DNA of 64,000 bases, taken from positions 172,050,001 to 172,114,000 of the forward strand of contig NC_042997.1 in NCBI RefSeq assembly GCF_006345805.1, written 5' to 3'. Made by a program: the position numbers and the translations under genes. The stretch is from Octopus sinensis (Eukaryota). Each line of letters opens with the position of its first letter. Position 1 is the first letter of the stretch. Of this stretch, positions 1 to 12,527 are shown one piece after another. Below the pieces are notes generated by a model. That model was given only the letters and a program-made list of their open reading frames with translations. It made no database searches and had not been told where the DNA came from.

Positions 1-700
1 ATTTTTCCTTATCTGCCTCCCCTCTGGCTAGATAGACCTGTCTCCTGGCTTCCCTTCTGGCAGACTGATACACTTCCCTGCTACCACCGTTCTTCCAGGC
101 CTTCCAAGCCTGTTTCTTTTGTCTAATAGCCCTGTCAACAATATTGTTCCACCACCACGTTATTTTTGGTCTTAAGGGGACTTTGCACCAGCCACAGATC
201 TGGTCAGCGGCTTTTAGCAGGTTGTCCTCAGAAGCGTCCAGTTGTCTTCTACCCCATGCGTAGCTATACTCCCTTCCATTTCGTCTAAGGCTTCAAATAA
301 CATATCTCTAAATCTCTGTCCATTCACAGGGTCTTTAAGCTTCCAGACCCTTCTTCTCCATGTTGGTCGTCTTCTAGTCGCCCTCTTAGTCCTGATCCTA
401 AAGTCACTAACTACCAGTCTATGTTGTGGGGTGCATTCTTCACCTGGGAAGGTTTTGGCATTTATAAGCAGCCATCTTTCCCTTTTTCTGGCAAGGATGT
501 AGTCGATTTGGCTAGTATGCCGGCCCGATCGGTAGGTGACCAGGTGGCTTGTCGGTTTCCTGAAGTTAGTGTTGCAAATCATAAGACTATTCGCATCGCA
601 GAACTCCAGCAGCCTGGTTCCCTCCTCGTTGCGGGAACCATAACCATAGCCTCCATGCACGCCATGGAAGCCCCCAGCACATCGTCCAACATGCCCATTA
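1..700 (-). mobile_element. RTE-clade LINE fragment (C-terminal half of APE endonuclease plus linker), continuing off the left edge
   Basis: ORF 214..660(-) reads HGGYGYGSRNEEGTRLLEFC...SQIDYIL...EECTPQHRLVV, preceded by NGHVG; bases 1-200 encode the WWWN...AWKAWK linker typical of RTE ORFs. Confidence 0.85.
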
Positions 701-789
701 TTCTTTTTCCTTCTCTGTTAACAGTTTTACTTTCTCTTTTACCTTCTCTTTCTTAAGTATGGTGCTGTGTATAGAGAGTGCTGCAAATT

Positions 790-2400
790 TAGTGTACATA
801 TCTTTAATTTACCCATTCCGAAATGACAAAGGTTATAATATTGACCAAAAACAAAAGAAAAGCAATACAAAACTAGGAAAAGAATACTAGAGATGTGAGA
901 AAAGAAGGCTGTGTTCAGTATGAATTCACATAGTAATGGAAAACAATGAGCCGAAAATTATTTATTTTTCTAGTGAGCACCTTCATCCAGCTGATGTAGA
1001 TTCATTAAATGCTAGAAATGCAGTTTCAGAAATAAAGCATGAAGCAGTGGAAAATATAGAAGCAAGTTTGCATAGCATAATAGCAGCTAATTTTACTCAG
1101 CTAACAGAAAATACTTGCTCTCAGCTTCCTCATTTGCCTGTACTTTCAAGGACTATTCAAAGGTGCTGACAAAAATATGGTGGATTTCCTGCTAATCCAG
1201 GGACTAGAACTGGTTTTGAAATACCTGAAGAATATTTTAAACTTGATGATGGCAAACAGTTTCTGAGATACGATTCAGGTACCAAGGATCAACAATGCAT
1301 ACTAGAATTTGCATCAGAAAGTGCTCTTCAGGATATAGCATCATATCCTCATTGGGCATGTGATGGAACATTCAAAATTGTCCCAGAACAGTGGTTTCAG
1401 CTGTTTAGCATTCATGTACAAGTTAAAATTAGCAGTTTTCCACGGGTCCTTGTATTACTACTGGATAAAACAAAGCAGACATATGAAATATTTCTTAAGC
1501 AACTGAAAATTATGCAATCTAATGCATATCCATTTGATCTCATGACAGATTTGAAGTTGCAATTCACAAGGCATTTCATTTATTATTCTATAATTCATCT
1601 ATTGTGGCATGTTTGTTTCATTTGAGCCAATTGGTATTTCAAAACATTAAAAATTTAGGCCTCAAAGAAAAATACAATAAAGACTCTAAATATTGTCTTA
1701 AATTTTGATGTTCTTCAGTATTAGTCTTCCTACCCATTGAAGATGTCGAAGAGGCCTATAAAGAATTAATAGATGATGAAGAAATACCTGCTGAATTCCT
1801 CATTTACTTCAACTTGACTTACATAGGTGTTGTGAGAGGATGTGGTGCTAGACAAAGAAGGGAACCTAGATTTCCAGTAGCTGTATGGAATGTTAATCAG
1901 CATTATTCTTCAAGATCTTCCCAGAGCAAATAATGCTGCAGAGGGGTTTCATTCTTTTCTACTTTAGGCACAAGGCCCAAAATTCTAGGAGAGTTGGGGC
2001 CAGTTGATTAGATTGACCCTTGTATGCAATTGGTACTCAATTTATCAACTCAGAAAGGATGAAAGGCAAAGTCGACTTCAGCAGGATTTGAACTCAGAAC
2101 ATTAAGACAGATGAAATACTGCTAAGCATTTTGTTCAGCATGCTAACAATTCTGTGGTAAAGCATTCAGCAGGTGGAACACATTTGAATATTTGGAAATT
2201 AATCAAAACTCTGAAGGAAGAGGAAGGGTTCGTTCAAAGTAAAATGTCTCAAATTCTTTGAGGAGATCTGTCAAATTCATGTACACAATATTGAAGAATA
2301 ACTGAACGCCTCAAAAGATTGATCATTGAATATGGGTCAAGAAAAATTGATTTTTTTGAAGAGTGTGGCATTTAATTTGCATCAATTTTAAGAGACCATA
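790..2400 (+). pseudogene. Degenerate Mutator-like (MULE) transposase with N-terminal FLYWCH-like zinc finger
   Basis: Fragments in order: EY*RCEKRRLC..IH...EHLHPAD (FLYWCH-like); WACDGTFKIVPEQWFQLFSIHV (~1350, MULE DGTF motif); ACLFHLSQ (~1610); WNV...LPRANNAAEGFH (~1885-1950); HLNIWKLIKTLKEEE (~2180). Many stops and frameshifts; TIRs not found. Confidence 0.75.
1955..2154 (-). mobile_element. SINE (family with central GCCTTTCATCCTTTC-like domain) inserted in the MULE transposase
   Basis: Same family as 62822-63059 and 54330-54545. It splits the transposase between ...AEGFH and NSVVKH...HLNIWK. Confidence 0.75.
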
Positions 2401-2454
2401 ATAAATCATTTGTTATATCTTATTACTTTATTAAAATGACATTTTTTAAATACA

Positions 2455-4065
2455 TAGAAGTAGCAGAGAGAGTCATAGCCTAACTAATCAGGGAGGGAGT
2501 TAGTCTCGATAAGATGCAGTTTGGCTTTGTGCCAGGTATAAGCACCACTGATGCTATATTTCTGGTAAGACAACTGCAGGAGAAATACCTAGCCAAAGAT
2601 AAACCTCTGTACTTGGTTTTTGTTGACTTGGAGAAAGCTTTTGAAAAAGTCTCCCCAATCCATTATCTGGTGTTCAATGCAGAAACTAGGATTAGACGAA
2701 TGGTTGGTGAAAGCTGTACAAGCCTTGTACAGGGACGCTACAAATAAAGTGAGGGTGGGCAACAAGTACAGTGAAGAATTCAGGGTACAAGTAGGGGTTC
2801 ACCAAGGATCGGTCTTCTGCCCCTTCTTGTTCATCATAGTCCTCCAGACAATAAGGGAGGAATTCAAGACAGGCTGTCCCTAACAGCACCTCTATGCTGA
2901 TGACCTTGCTCTTATGGCTGAATCACTACCCGAGCTAGTGAAGAATTTCCAGGTATGGAAACAATGTTTAAAATCAAAGAGCCTTAGAGTTAACCTAGCT
3001 AAAACTAGAGTCATAGTAAGTAGGAAGGCAGACAAATCACAAATCCCCTCAGGTAGGTGTAGATACAAACTCCATAAGATGCACCCAGTGTAAGCTTTGG
3101 ACACACAAAAGGTGCAACATCAGAGGAAGGTTAACAGGGAAACTAACTTTTGTATGTGAAAGGGGCACAGGCATAATAAATGCTGAACATATGCAGAAAA
3201 TAGACTCCATCAACTGCCAGTGGGGCAAGCTAGAGGTAGTAGATAGGTTCTGGTATCTAGGTGGCCAGGTTAGTAGTGAAGGTGGTTGTTCTGAGAGCAT
3301 AGCTGTGAGAATAAGATTAGGCTGAGCAAAGTTCAGAGAGTGCCAACTGCTACTGGCAACAAAGGGCCTCTCTCTCAGAGTGAAAGGTAGATTGTTTGAT
3401 GCCTGTGTGTGAACAGCTATGTGCATGGCAGTGAAACATTGGCTATAACAACCAAGGACATGCATAGGCTTGAGAGAAATGAAGCCAGCATGCTTTGCTG
3501 GATGTGCAATGTCAGTGTACATGTTCGAGAGAGAGTAAGCATCTTGAGAGAAAAGTTAGGCATAAGAGGAGTCAGATGTGGTGAACAAAGAGACGACTGT
3601 GCTGGTATGGTCATATGATGCATATGGATGAGGACAGCTGTGTAAAGAAGTGCCAATCTCTAACTGTGGAGGGAACCTGTAGAAGAGGTAGACCCAGGAA
3701 GACATGGGATGAGGTGGTGAAGCATGACCTTCAAACTTTGAACCTCACAGAGGCAATGATTAGTGGCCAAGACCTTTGGTGATGTTCTCTGCTTAAGAGG
3801 ACCATCAACATTGGGCTTCACAGAAGCAAAGTACTTTACGAGTGCTGGGCCTAACAGAGGCAAAATGGCTGAGTTCCTTTCGAGCATTGGGCCTCACAGA
3901 GGTGAGGTGGCTGATATCCTTTCGAGCATTGGGCTTCATGGAGGCAAAGTGGTTGAGTTCCTTTTGTATGTTGGATCTCACGGAGGTGAGGTAGCTGAGT
4001 TCCTTTCAAGTAGGCCAGTGCAATCAAACCGTCCAACCCATGGCAGCATAGACAATGGACATTAA

Positions 4066-4092
<27 letters not shown>
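2455..4092 (+). mobile_element. 5'-truncated RTE LINE: degenerate RT domain, C-terminus, 3'UTR and (GAT)n tail
   Basis: QFGFVPGISTTDAIFLVRQLQEKYL...FVDLEKAF; GVHQGSV; LYADDL (~2890); HGSETLAI; GRPRKTWDEVVKHDL (~3690); ends aaccgtccaacccatg...ggacattaaa(tga)n. Confidence 0.9.
3809..4012 (+). repeat. 42-bp tandem array (~5 units) in the 3'UTR of the RTE copy
   Basis: Unit cattgggcctcacagaggtgaggtggctgagttcctttcgag; seen as a 14-aa period in ORF 3763..4065. Confidence 0.85.
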
Positions 4093-4098
<6 letters not shown>

Positions 4099-4783
4099 CA
4101 CAGTATTTTACTGGAATCCGATCAAAAAACTCATTGGACAAAAAGATGGAACAAAAGATGTGGATGAAGCAACTGTTGGACAAAGTGACATCAGACAAAA
4201 AGTCGGCTCAAGGTCACCAATACTCCACTGTTTCCAAGAAATATAATATTTCCCTATAGCCAGACATGTTTTCACAGACGTACACCACCTGTATAACAGT
4301 GGCACTTGTTTACAACTATCATGCATTGTTCAGGCAAAGAGACACTTACATCCACACATACACTCCCCCAACACCTCCCCACACACACACACGCGCATGC
4401 ACGTGTGTGTGTGTGAGTATGATGGGCTGCTTTCAGCTTTCATCTTCCTAATCTATTCACAGGGCTTTGATTGGCCTAGTTCTATAGTAGAAGACACTTG
4501 CCCAAGGTGCCATGCAGTGGGACTGAACCTGAAACCATGTGATTGGTAATTAACCTCCTTGCTACACAGTACCAGACAAAATTCCTTTTGTTATTGTGTT
4601 CTTCATGTCATTCCATGTTCTGTGTTCAGATCTATCCCACTGGGGGCAACTTTGTTGTACATCTCTTCCTTATTTTAGCCTAAAAATAAATATCAGCATC
4701 ATTGTTTTAATGTTTATTCTTCAGAAGGAATTCATTGAAGCAGATTTTCTATAACCACATGCCCTTCCTGTTGCCAGCCTGTC

Positions 4784-4840
<57 letters not shown>

Positions 4841-4863
4841 TATATATATACACACACACACAC

Positions 4864-4904
<41 letters not shown>

Positions 4905-4910
<6 letters not shown>

Positions 4911-5120
4911 TTTTGTGTGTCTGTGTTTGTCCCCCCAACATCGCTTGACAACCGATGCTGGTGTGTTTACGTCCCCATAACTTAGCAGTTGGGCAAAAGA
5001 GACCGATAGAATAAGTACTAGGCTTCCAAAGAATAAGTGCTGGGGGTCAACTTGCTCAACTAAAGGCGGTGCTCCAGCATGGCAGCAGTCAAATGACTGA
5101 AACAAGTAAAAGAGTAATGA
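4905..5120 (+). mobile_element. 3' half of the abundant tRNA-derived SINE (family A)
   Basis: gtttgtccccccaacatcgcttgacaaccgatgctggtgtg...ggcggtgctccagcatggc...aaacaagtaaaagagtaa matches the 3' half of the full copy at 28818-29206. Confidence 0.8.
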
Positions 5121-6389
5121 TGCTACGCAGTGAGATTGAACCAGGAATATCATGATAGCAAAGCAAACCGCTTAACCACTAGGCCATGTCTGCACTCAGT
5201 ACAAAACACCTTTTAAAAAGCTGTTGTAGTTAATGATGTTTAACATCTATGATCCAAGATGCTCAAACACTATCAGTTCTGTATTTTCCCTTCACCATTG
5301 TACACCTAGAACTGTATTTTCCAAAGTATCATTATTTTCTTGTTAGAAGGAAAGGTATGATTTGAAGAAAATTTGGCTACTTTTGTATATCTTTAGTTAG
5401 TAGTTGTTATTCTTGATCAGACATAAAGGAATAGTTATATTCAGCCATCTCATCAAAATAATCTAGCAGTAAAGTTTTCATCCTTGAGAAAATAAAAAAA
5501 ATTTTTTTTATATTCAAATACTGAATTCTGATCCCTGAATTTAGAGAATATTTGGATGAAAAAAAAAAAATAATAATGAGTCTGATGAAACCTGTGACGG
5601 TATGTATCAGCAAAAAATTATATAATGATGTTTCTGAGCTGTTACGATGTAGCCAGAAGAGAAATTTGACATTTCTCCTCATTTGAAATCTTTGTCTCCT
5701 TCAGCTTCTTGCTCACTTCCTCTCCCTTTCTACAAGCCTCTCTCTTTCTCTCTACCTCTTTCTCCTCTCTCACTGTCATATTTTCTCAGTCTCGAAATAT
5801 GAGATTCCTCTTCTTCTATGCCATATGATTTCATAAAAAAACTTACTAACTTACTTTTTTCATTATCTCAGCTGTTGTTTTGAACATAATTTAACAGAAA
5901 GGTGCTTACGTATAGAAAAAAGCAAAAGAAAAATGAAAAAAAAAAACAACAAAAAAAAGCTAGATTTCAAATTTTTATATAAACTCTTTATAAAACACAA
6001 TTTTCTATCATAGAACCAGGGGCTGTCACAGACAGGTTGGCATCAGAAGGGTTAACCAATTGACATTTACTTTATATAATGATATTTGAGCTTACTGTTC
6101 TACAATGTTTAATAACAGCCTGCTTCCAAACACACTCTCTAGTGTTTGAAACTAGTGATTTTCTCTCATCACATGACTCAACATCTTGTATATTTGTTTT
6201 TTTTTTGTTTTTCTTTACTAGAACTGTTTAGCTGCCTCTTCTCTGAGATTTAGGATTCTCATTTAATATACATCCAATAAACATGAACACAAAAGAAAAT
6301 ACACATAAAGGTCATTAGTTGTTATATGAAAAACATATATACAGAAACAGTTACATTAATTCCTTTGTAGATATAATAAAACACCATGT

Positions 6390-6571
6390 ATATGCTATAT
6401 AAATAAATAAATATATATGTATATATATATATATATAATGATGATGATACATACATATATATACACATACATACATATATATATATCTGTGTATGCGTGT
6501 TTGTGATTATGTATGTATATGTATATATGTATATATATAGATAGATAGGTAAATATATATATATAAATATA

Positions 6572-6630
<59 letters not shown>

Positions 6631-6697
6631 TTGTATATGTATTTATATTTGTATGTATATATATACACACACACATATATATATGTATATAATATAT

Positions 6698-6743
<46 letters not shown>

Positions 6744-6892
6744 GTATGTATGTATGTATATGTATATATGAATGTATGTTGTGTACATATGCATGTGTGT
6801 GTGTGTGGTGTGTGTGTGTGTGTGTTTGTATATGTATTTATATTTGTATGTATATATATACACACACACATATATATATGTATATAATATAT

Positions 6893-6938
<46 letters not shown>

Positions 6939-6986
6939 GTATGTATGTATGTATATGTATATATGAATGTATGTTGTGTACATATG

Positions 6987-7021
<35 letters not shown>

Positions 7022-7300
7022 ATGTGTACATATTGCTCACATTCACACATCACATATACAAAATATAATACATAGATCTCTTTTCCCACATACAATATGC
7101 TACACAAATCACACTACACACACACACACACAAAACACACAAAACACACTCACACATACATGTATATATGTGTGTATATGTATGTATCTATGTATGCTGT
7201 ATCTATCTATCAATCTTTATATATATATATATTATATATATATATATAATATATATATATATATATGTGTTGTGTGTGTGTGTAAAATAATAATATGAAG
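6390..7300. repeat. Compound (TA)/(TG)/(CA) microsatellite block with a 195-bp tandem duplication
   Basis: The anchor tttgtatatgtatttatatttg occurs at 6630 and 6825. Confidence 0.85.
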
Positions 7301-7304
7301 GAAT

Positions 7305-7440
7305 ATCATTCCAAACTTGCAGGGAAAAATTCAGTTTAGAAATACTAAATCAAATTTCGCAAAATATAATATATATATATATAAATTGGAAAAAAACCCA
7401 CCTTTTATCAATTCAATAATGGTATACGTTTTATTAATTA
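7305..7440 (-). mobile_element. Penelope-type 3'UTR/pLTR remnant
   Basis: ccaaacttgcagggaaaaattcagtttagaaatactaaatcaaatt...aaaaaaacccaccttttatcaattc is homologous to 10675-10770 (downstream of the GIY-YIG ORF) and to 51384-51700. Confidence 0.55.
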
Positions 7441-7853
7441 TTTTACACATTACTTAATCATTGTTATATGCTTTATCTTATATTTAATCTTTCTATAATA
7501 TATAATTTTTCTAAATGGCATAATATAATTTTTCATTATTGAATTGATAAAAGGTGTTTTTTTTAATAATTTATAATAATAATATATATGAAACCAAAGT
7601 GTACGTACACCACTATACTTTTTCATTTATAAAAAATACAAAAATGGGACAAGAATGCAAAACATCCAGACAGATGATACAAAGAAAACAAGGACGGGTC
7701 ATTTGGAGTTTTCTTTCTTCAGTCCAGTTCCAGATTATCTTTGCAATTTTGGTTAGTTATACTCAAGATTGCTCCAATTTGGCCAGGCCCAAGGAAAAAC
7801 TAAGCTAAGAGCACTAGATTCCTTGGAAGAAAGCAGCAAATGTATATGAAAAC

Positions 7854-7901
<48 letters not shown>

Positions 7902-8150
7902 AATCAAAATAAGCAACAAGGATATCCACGACCGTTTCATGCGACTCCATTTAATTGAACAATGCAATCATTTCATTACATCAATTTAAAATGTAGAGCA
8001 ATTTTCAGCTGCACAAAGACATAGAATTTAATTAAATTAGAACAGATGAACACATTAGTATAATTATACCTAAAATCTCCCAGACGTTAAGGATAGCCAA
8101 CGAACATGTTGTACCAACACATCATAGTATGAGCTACATATATATATATG

Positions 8151-8198
<48 letters not shown>

Positions 8199-8359
8199 TG
8201 CAGGCATGGCAGTGTGGCAAGAAATTTGCTTTCCAGCCACACAGTTCCAGGTTCAGTCTTGCTGCATACTACCCTGTCCAAGAATCTTCTACTGTAGTCT
8301 TAGGCCAAGCAAAGCCTTGTGGGTGGATTTGGTAGACCAAAACTGAGAGAGGACTGTCA

Positions 8360-8402
<43 letters not shown>

Positions 8403-8494
8403 GCTAAGAGAGAGAAAAGGGGAAGAGTGAGAGGGAGCGAGAGTGGAGAGGGTAAAGCAAAGGGAGAGAATTGCACGTCTTAAATATTTATATA

Positions 8495-9600
8495 AAAATT
8501 GAATGGAGACAAGAAGTGGAACGAACCGACAAATCGAAACGAACCTGACGCGAGGCGCTGTCAGACAATAATGTGATAATTAAAAATATATGCATACATA
8601 CAAACATATATGTACGTACCTACATAAATAAATATACGTGAAGGGCATCCAGCCGTAGAAACTCTGCCAGATCAGACTGGAGCCTGGAGCAGCCCCTGGC
8701 TTCCCAGACCCCGGTTGAACCGTCCAACCCGTGCTAGCGTGGAAAACGGATGTTAAACGATGATGATGATGATGATGAAGTACAGAATGCCACAACAAGA
8801 CGTAGAAACGGGAAAAACAAAAATTTAATGACAAGTACAGGACAGGCTACACAAGGAAAAATCCAAAAATTTTTTACAACAAGAAAACAAGTACAGGACA
8901 AGCTACACAAGGAAAAATCCATCGTCATCAGCTGTCGCTAGTTAACTCAGGCATGTTTCGAAGGCAAGACAGGACACTCGTTAACTAGGCCTTCCTGCGA
9001 GAAAAGGCCTTTTACGTCTGTTTGGTTTTTCTCATTTGTCCTCTTGTTTGTTTGATTTCCCGTATTGTATTCCCCTTTTTATTTCTCGTCTTGTATTGTT
9101 TTGTACATGTATTTTTATCTTGTATTTTATTGTATAGTTTTATTGTTACATCCTGTTTGTGTTCTTACCCGTTTACCCTTACCCCCTGCTTGGAATTTTA
9201 TTTTATTCTCTCGCAGGAAGGCCTAGTTAATGAGTGTCCTGTCTTGCTTCGAAACACACGCCTGAGTTAACTAGCGACAGCTGATGACAGTGGATTTTTC
9301 CTTGTGTAGCTTGTCTGTACTTGTTTTCTTGTAAAAAATTTTTGGATTTTTCCTTGTGTAGCCTGTCCTGTACTTGTTAAATTTTTGTTTTTCCCGTTTC
9401 TACGCCTTGTTGTGGCGTCCTGTACTTACGTATATTTATTTATATATGCATGTATATATAAATGTAGATGTGGGTACGTACATATATGTTTGTATGTATG
9501 CATATATTTTTAATTATCACATTATTGTCTGACAGCGCCCCGTGTCAGGTTCATTTTGATTTGTCGGTTCGTTCCACTTCTTGTCTCCATTCAATTTATA
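8495..9600. repeat. Long inverted repeat (arms ~8495-9005 and ~9205-9600, ~200 bp spacer)
   Basis: gaatggagacaagaagtggaacgaaccgacaaatc... at ~8501 is the reverse complement of ~9555-9593; tcgcaggaaggcctagtt... at 9210 is the reverse complement of ~8983-9000. The left arm carries an extra insertion (8640-8777). Confidence 0.9.
8640..8777 (+). mobile_element. 5'-truncated RTE 3' end with (GAT)n tail, inserted in the left arm of the inverted repeat
   Basis: gaagggcatccagccgtag...gttaaacgatgatg. The uninterrupted right arm shows the empty site tatacgt|aagtacag. Confidence 0.85.
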
Positions 9601-9824
9601 TATATATATATATATATACACACTCACACACACACACACATATATATATAGGTATGTATGTCTGTATGCATCTGTCTTTATGTTTGTGTTTGTCCCCCAC
9701 CATCACTTGACAATCGGGTTTGGTGTGTTTACATTCCTCTAACTTAGCAGTTCAGCTAAAGAGACCGATAGGATAAGTACTCTATATACATATATATATG
9801 TATATATGTGTGTGTATGTATATG

Positions 9825-9872
<48 letters not shown>

Positions 9873-10346
9873 AATGAGGTAATCAGATCAGATGGTTCAT
9901 ATTTGTAGATATTTATTTATATATTACATTTTTTACATATATATCATATCATATCATTCGGATTAGCGCTTTCTCCCATTCTAGTGGGCTTTTCAAATCA
10001 AATCAGTTGTGGGGAGTTTGAACATTTTATAGTTTCGTAGTAGTGGGTGAGGAGGAAGTGAGACAGAGAAAACATGTGTGTATGTGTGTGTGTGTGTGTA
10101 TATGTGTGTGTGCATGTGTGTGTGTGTGTGCGCGTTTATATCTGAGACTGAAGAAGTGTTATTTCCATTGGTCTGCTGGACCTCCTGTGGTTTTATAAGA
10201 ACTTTGGCAGTCCATTTTGATGTCACTGAGTGTGTGTTGTGCATAGGTTGGCCTGGCAAATGTCATTTGTGGTCACACTTTCTATGATCATTCTGTGGAG
10301 GTGTGTGTGTGTGTGTCTCTGTGTGTCCGTGTGTGTTTTTGTGTGC

Positions 10347-10391
<45 letters not shown>

Positions 10392-10659
10392 TGTGTGTTT
10401 GGAGAAGGGGAGAGAGACAAAAAGAGAAAAGGGAAAATAAAAATAATAATAATAAAAATAAAAAAATAAAAAATTTAGAAATATAAAAATTAAAAATAAA
10501 AAAATAAAAAATTAAAAATATAAAGAATAAATAAAAATATAAAAAATAAAAAATAAAAAAATAAAAATAAAAATAAAAATAAGGGAAGAAGTGGAGAAGA
10601 AAAAATAATTTTGTGTGTTGATATTTATACCAACACATATATATACACACACACAGACT

Positions 10660-11640
10660 TATACATAAAATATTTAAAAAAACCTTTTTATCGGTTCAAA
10701 ATGAACAACCAAATTATACCATCTTGAAAATTGTATATCATAGGAAAGTTAAAATTAAAGTGACAATTAAAAGGTAAAGATGGAAGTGAATTATAAAGAT
10801 AATAATATAATATGATGTATATAACAGGCATACACACATCTACACACACACAGATTGTCCTTCAATGTATGTTGAGTAAAGTTTCAGCCATTTAATTTGG
10901 GGGAGAACTTAGCTATGAAATGTTTTTCCATATTCCTCCTGAAGGGGGTGTCGTTCTTCGGACACTTGTAGAAGGGAAATATCTTAAATTTTCCTTCTCC
11001 ACATGTAGCTAGTGTGTGCTTAGTGGTATTTTGCGTAGTTCTTCCTGCCGAATATGTTGTCGGTGGATCCTGGCTCGCTGGCACAAAGAATTACCAGTTT
11101 CACCTACGTAATTCTCCTTGCACGTGGGGCAGGTTATGCAGTATATGACGTTCTGCATCTTGCAGTTCATATCTGCATTTACTTTGAATATGACACCATT
11201 TTTAAATCTTATCTCTCTGTTGTTCTCTATGTATTTGTAGGTGGGGTTGCTGCAGGTCCCACATCTACCATCTCCGCACTCTTTTGCAAAGAATTCCGTT
11301 TTAGTTTCTGAAGAGAATTTCGCTCTTGTTAGGTGTTTTTTTAGGTTTTTGTCCTGTCGTCTACTGTTTTTTATGCTATATTTGTTTAATATGTTTTTCA
11401 TTTTGTGGCTCTGTAAGGCTATTGGTAGGTTTGAATGTATGGTTTGGAAGATGTTGGTAACTCCAGGGTTGTGTGTGTTTATAAAGGGATAGTGTTTTCT
11501 TTGTTTTTTGTTTTGGGTGTCCTGAGTTGTGTGATGTCTAGTTTTAATGCTCTTGTGATTCCATTTTCTATTAGTTTAAGGGGGTATTTTTGCTCTAGAG
11601 GAAGCTTTTGAGTTCATCTAGTCTTATTAATCGTATTTGT
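10660..11640 (-). mobile_element. Penelope-like element 3' fragment with GIY-YIG endonuclease
   Basis: ORF 11009..11401(-): C.DGRCGTC...NVIYCITCPTCKENYVGETGNSLCQRARIHRQHI. It continues after a frameshift as LATCGEGKFKIFPFY...EKHFIAKFSPKLNG* (stop 10884); upstream reads IPFINTHNPG. The 3'UTR runs to ~10660. Confidence 0.9.
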
Positions 11641-11647
11641 GAATCAG

Positions 11648-11699
<52 letters not shown>

Positions 11700-12527
11700 G
11701 TATATATATATATGCATATGAATTGTAAGTTTGGATTTTATTCCCTCAAATAATAATTATATATATATATAATATATATATATACATTGTTGTGTCTGAG
11801 GAGAGTCATTCTGTTTTTATGCCTTATTAATTAACACACTCACTGGTTCAATTTCCACTCGTTTACTTATTTATTTAATTTTTTAAAAAGTTTTTGTTGC
11901 TTCTTGCAATGTCTTTGATGGTTATTGACTCGGTCCATTATTGGAGCTGAGTACTAATTGTTTATTTGTGCATGTGTAAATGTGTCAGTGTGCATATGTA
12001 TACACACACATATGTATGTATGTATGTATGTATACATATATATGTATTTATATGTATCATAAGCAGCCACAGTTTTCATCAATCCAAATGAACACATTTG
12101 CAATATAGTAAGCACAGACCACACTACTACACACAATATACATATACACTCTTTTCACACACACACACACAAACATGTGCCTTCTCGCACATAAACACAG
12201 TATTCAAACATGCGCAGATGCAATTATTGAAGTACTAAATGGCACGTCAAGTGATATTTAATCGTGTGAAAACATGTTACATGCATATCAATATTCTAAG
12301 TTTGGACATACTATCCCTTATCCTAAAGTGCTTCAGACAATTAGGAAGGGTTACCGACTCGTTGCACCGTCTGCTTTCAATCTTGGATTGTGATTCGGCT
12401 CAGCCCAACTCTCTCATTTTTAGTCTGCTGTGCCTACTCCTACAAGGATTGCACCTGTTTTTGTTCCTGATTTAACCCCGATTTCTCCTAGAGCCCATAG
12501 AGGATTGTTTTTAGTCAACCATCCATC

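Noticed and set aside
4095-4320. Complex sequence after the RTE tail, possible exon
   Set aside because: No recognisable protein or consistent splice pair; may be a decayed LINE end but too weak to annotate.
7925-8012. Hammerhead-like CUGAAAA...GAAACGGUC on the minus strand
   Set aside because: G8 is missing and helix I does not pair; too degenerate to call.
9205-9295. Possible hammerhead in the inverted-repeat arms
   Set aside because: The segment before helix II is CAGGA rather than CUGANGA and U16.1 is absent; the downstream CUGAUGA has no following GAAA.
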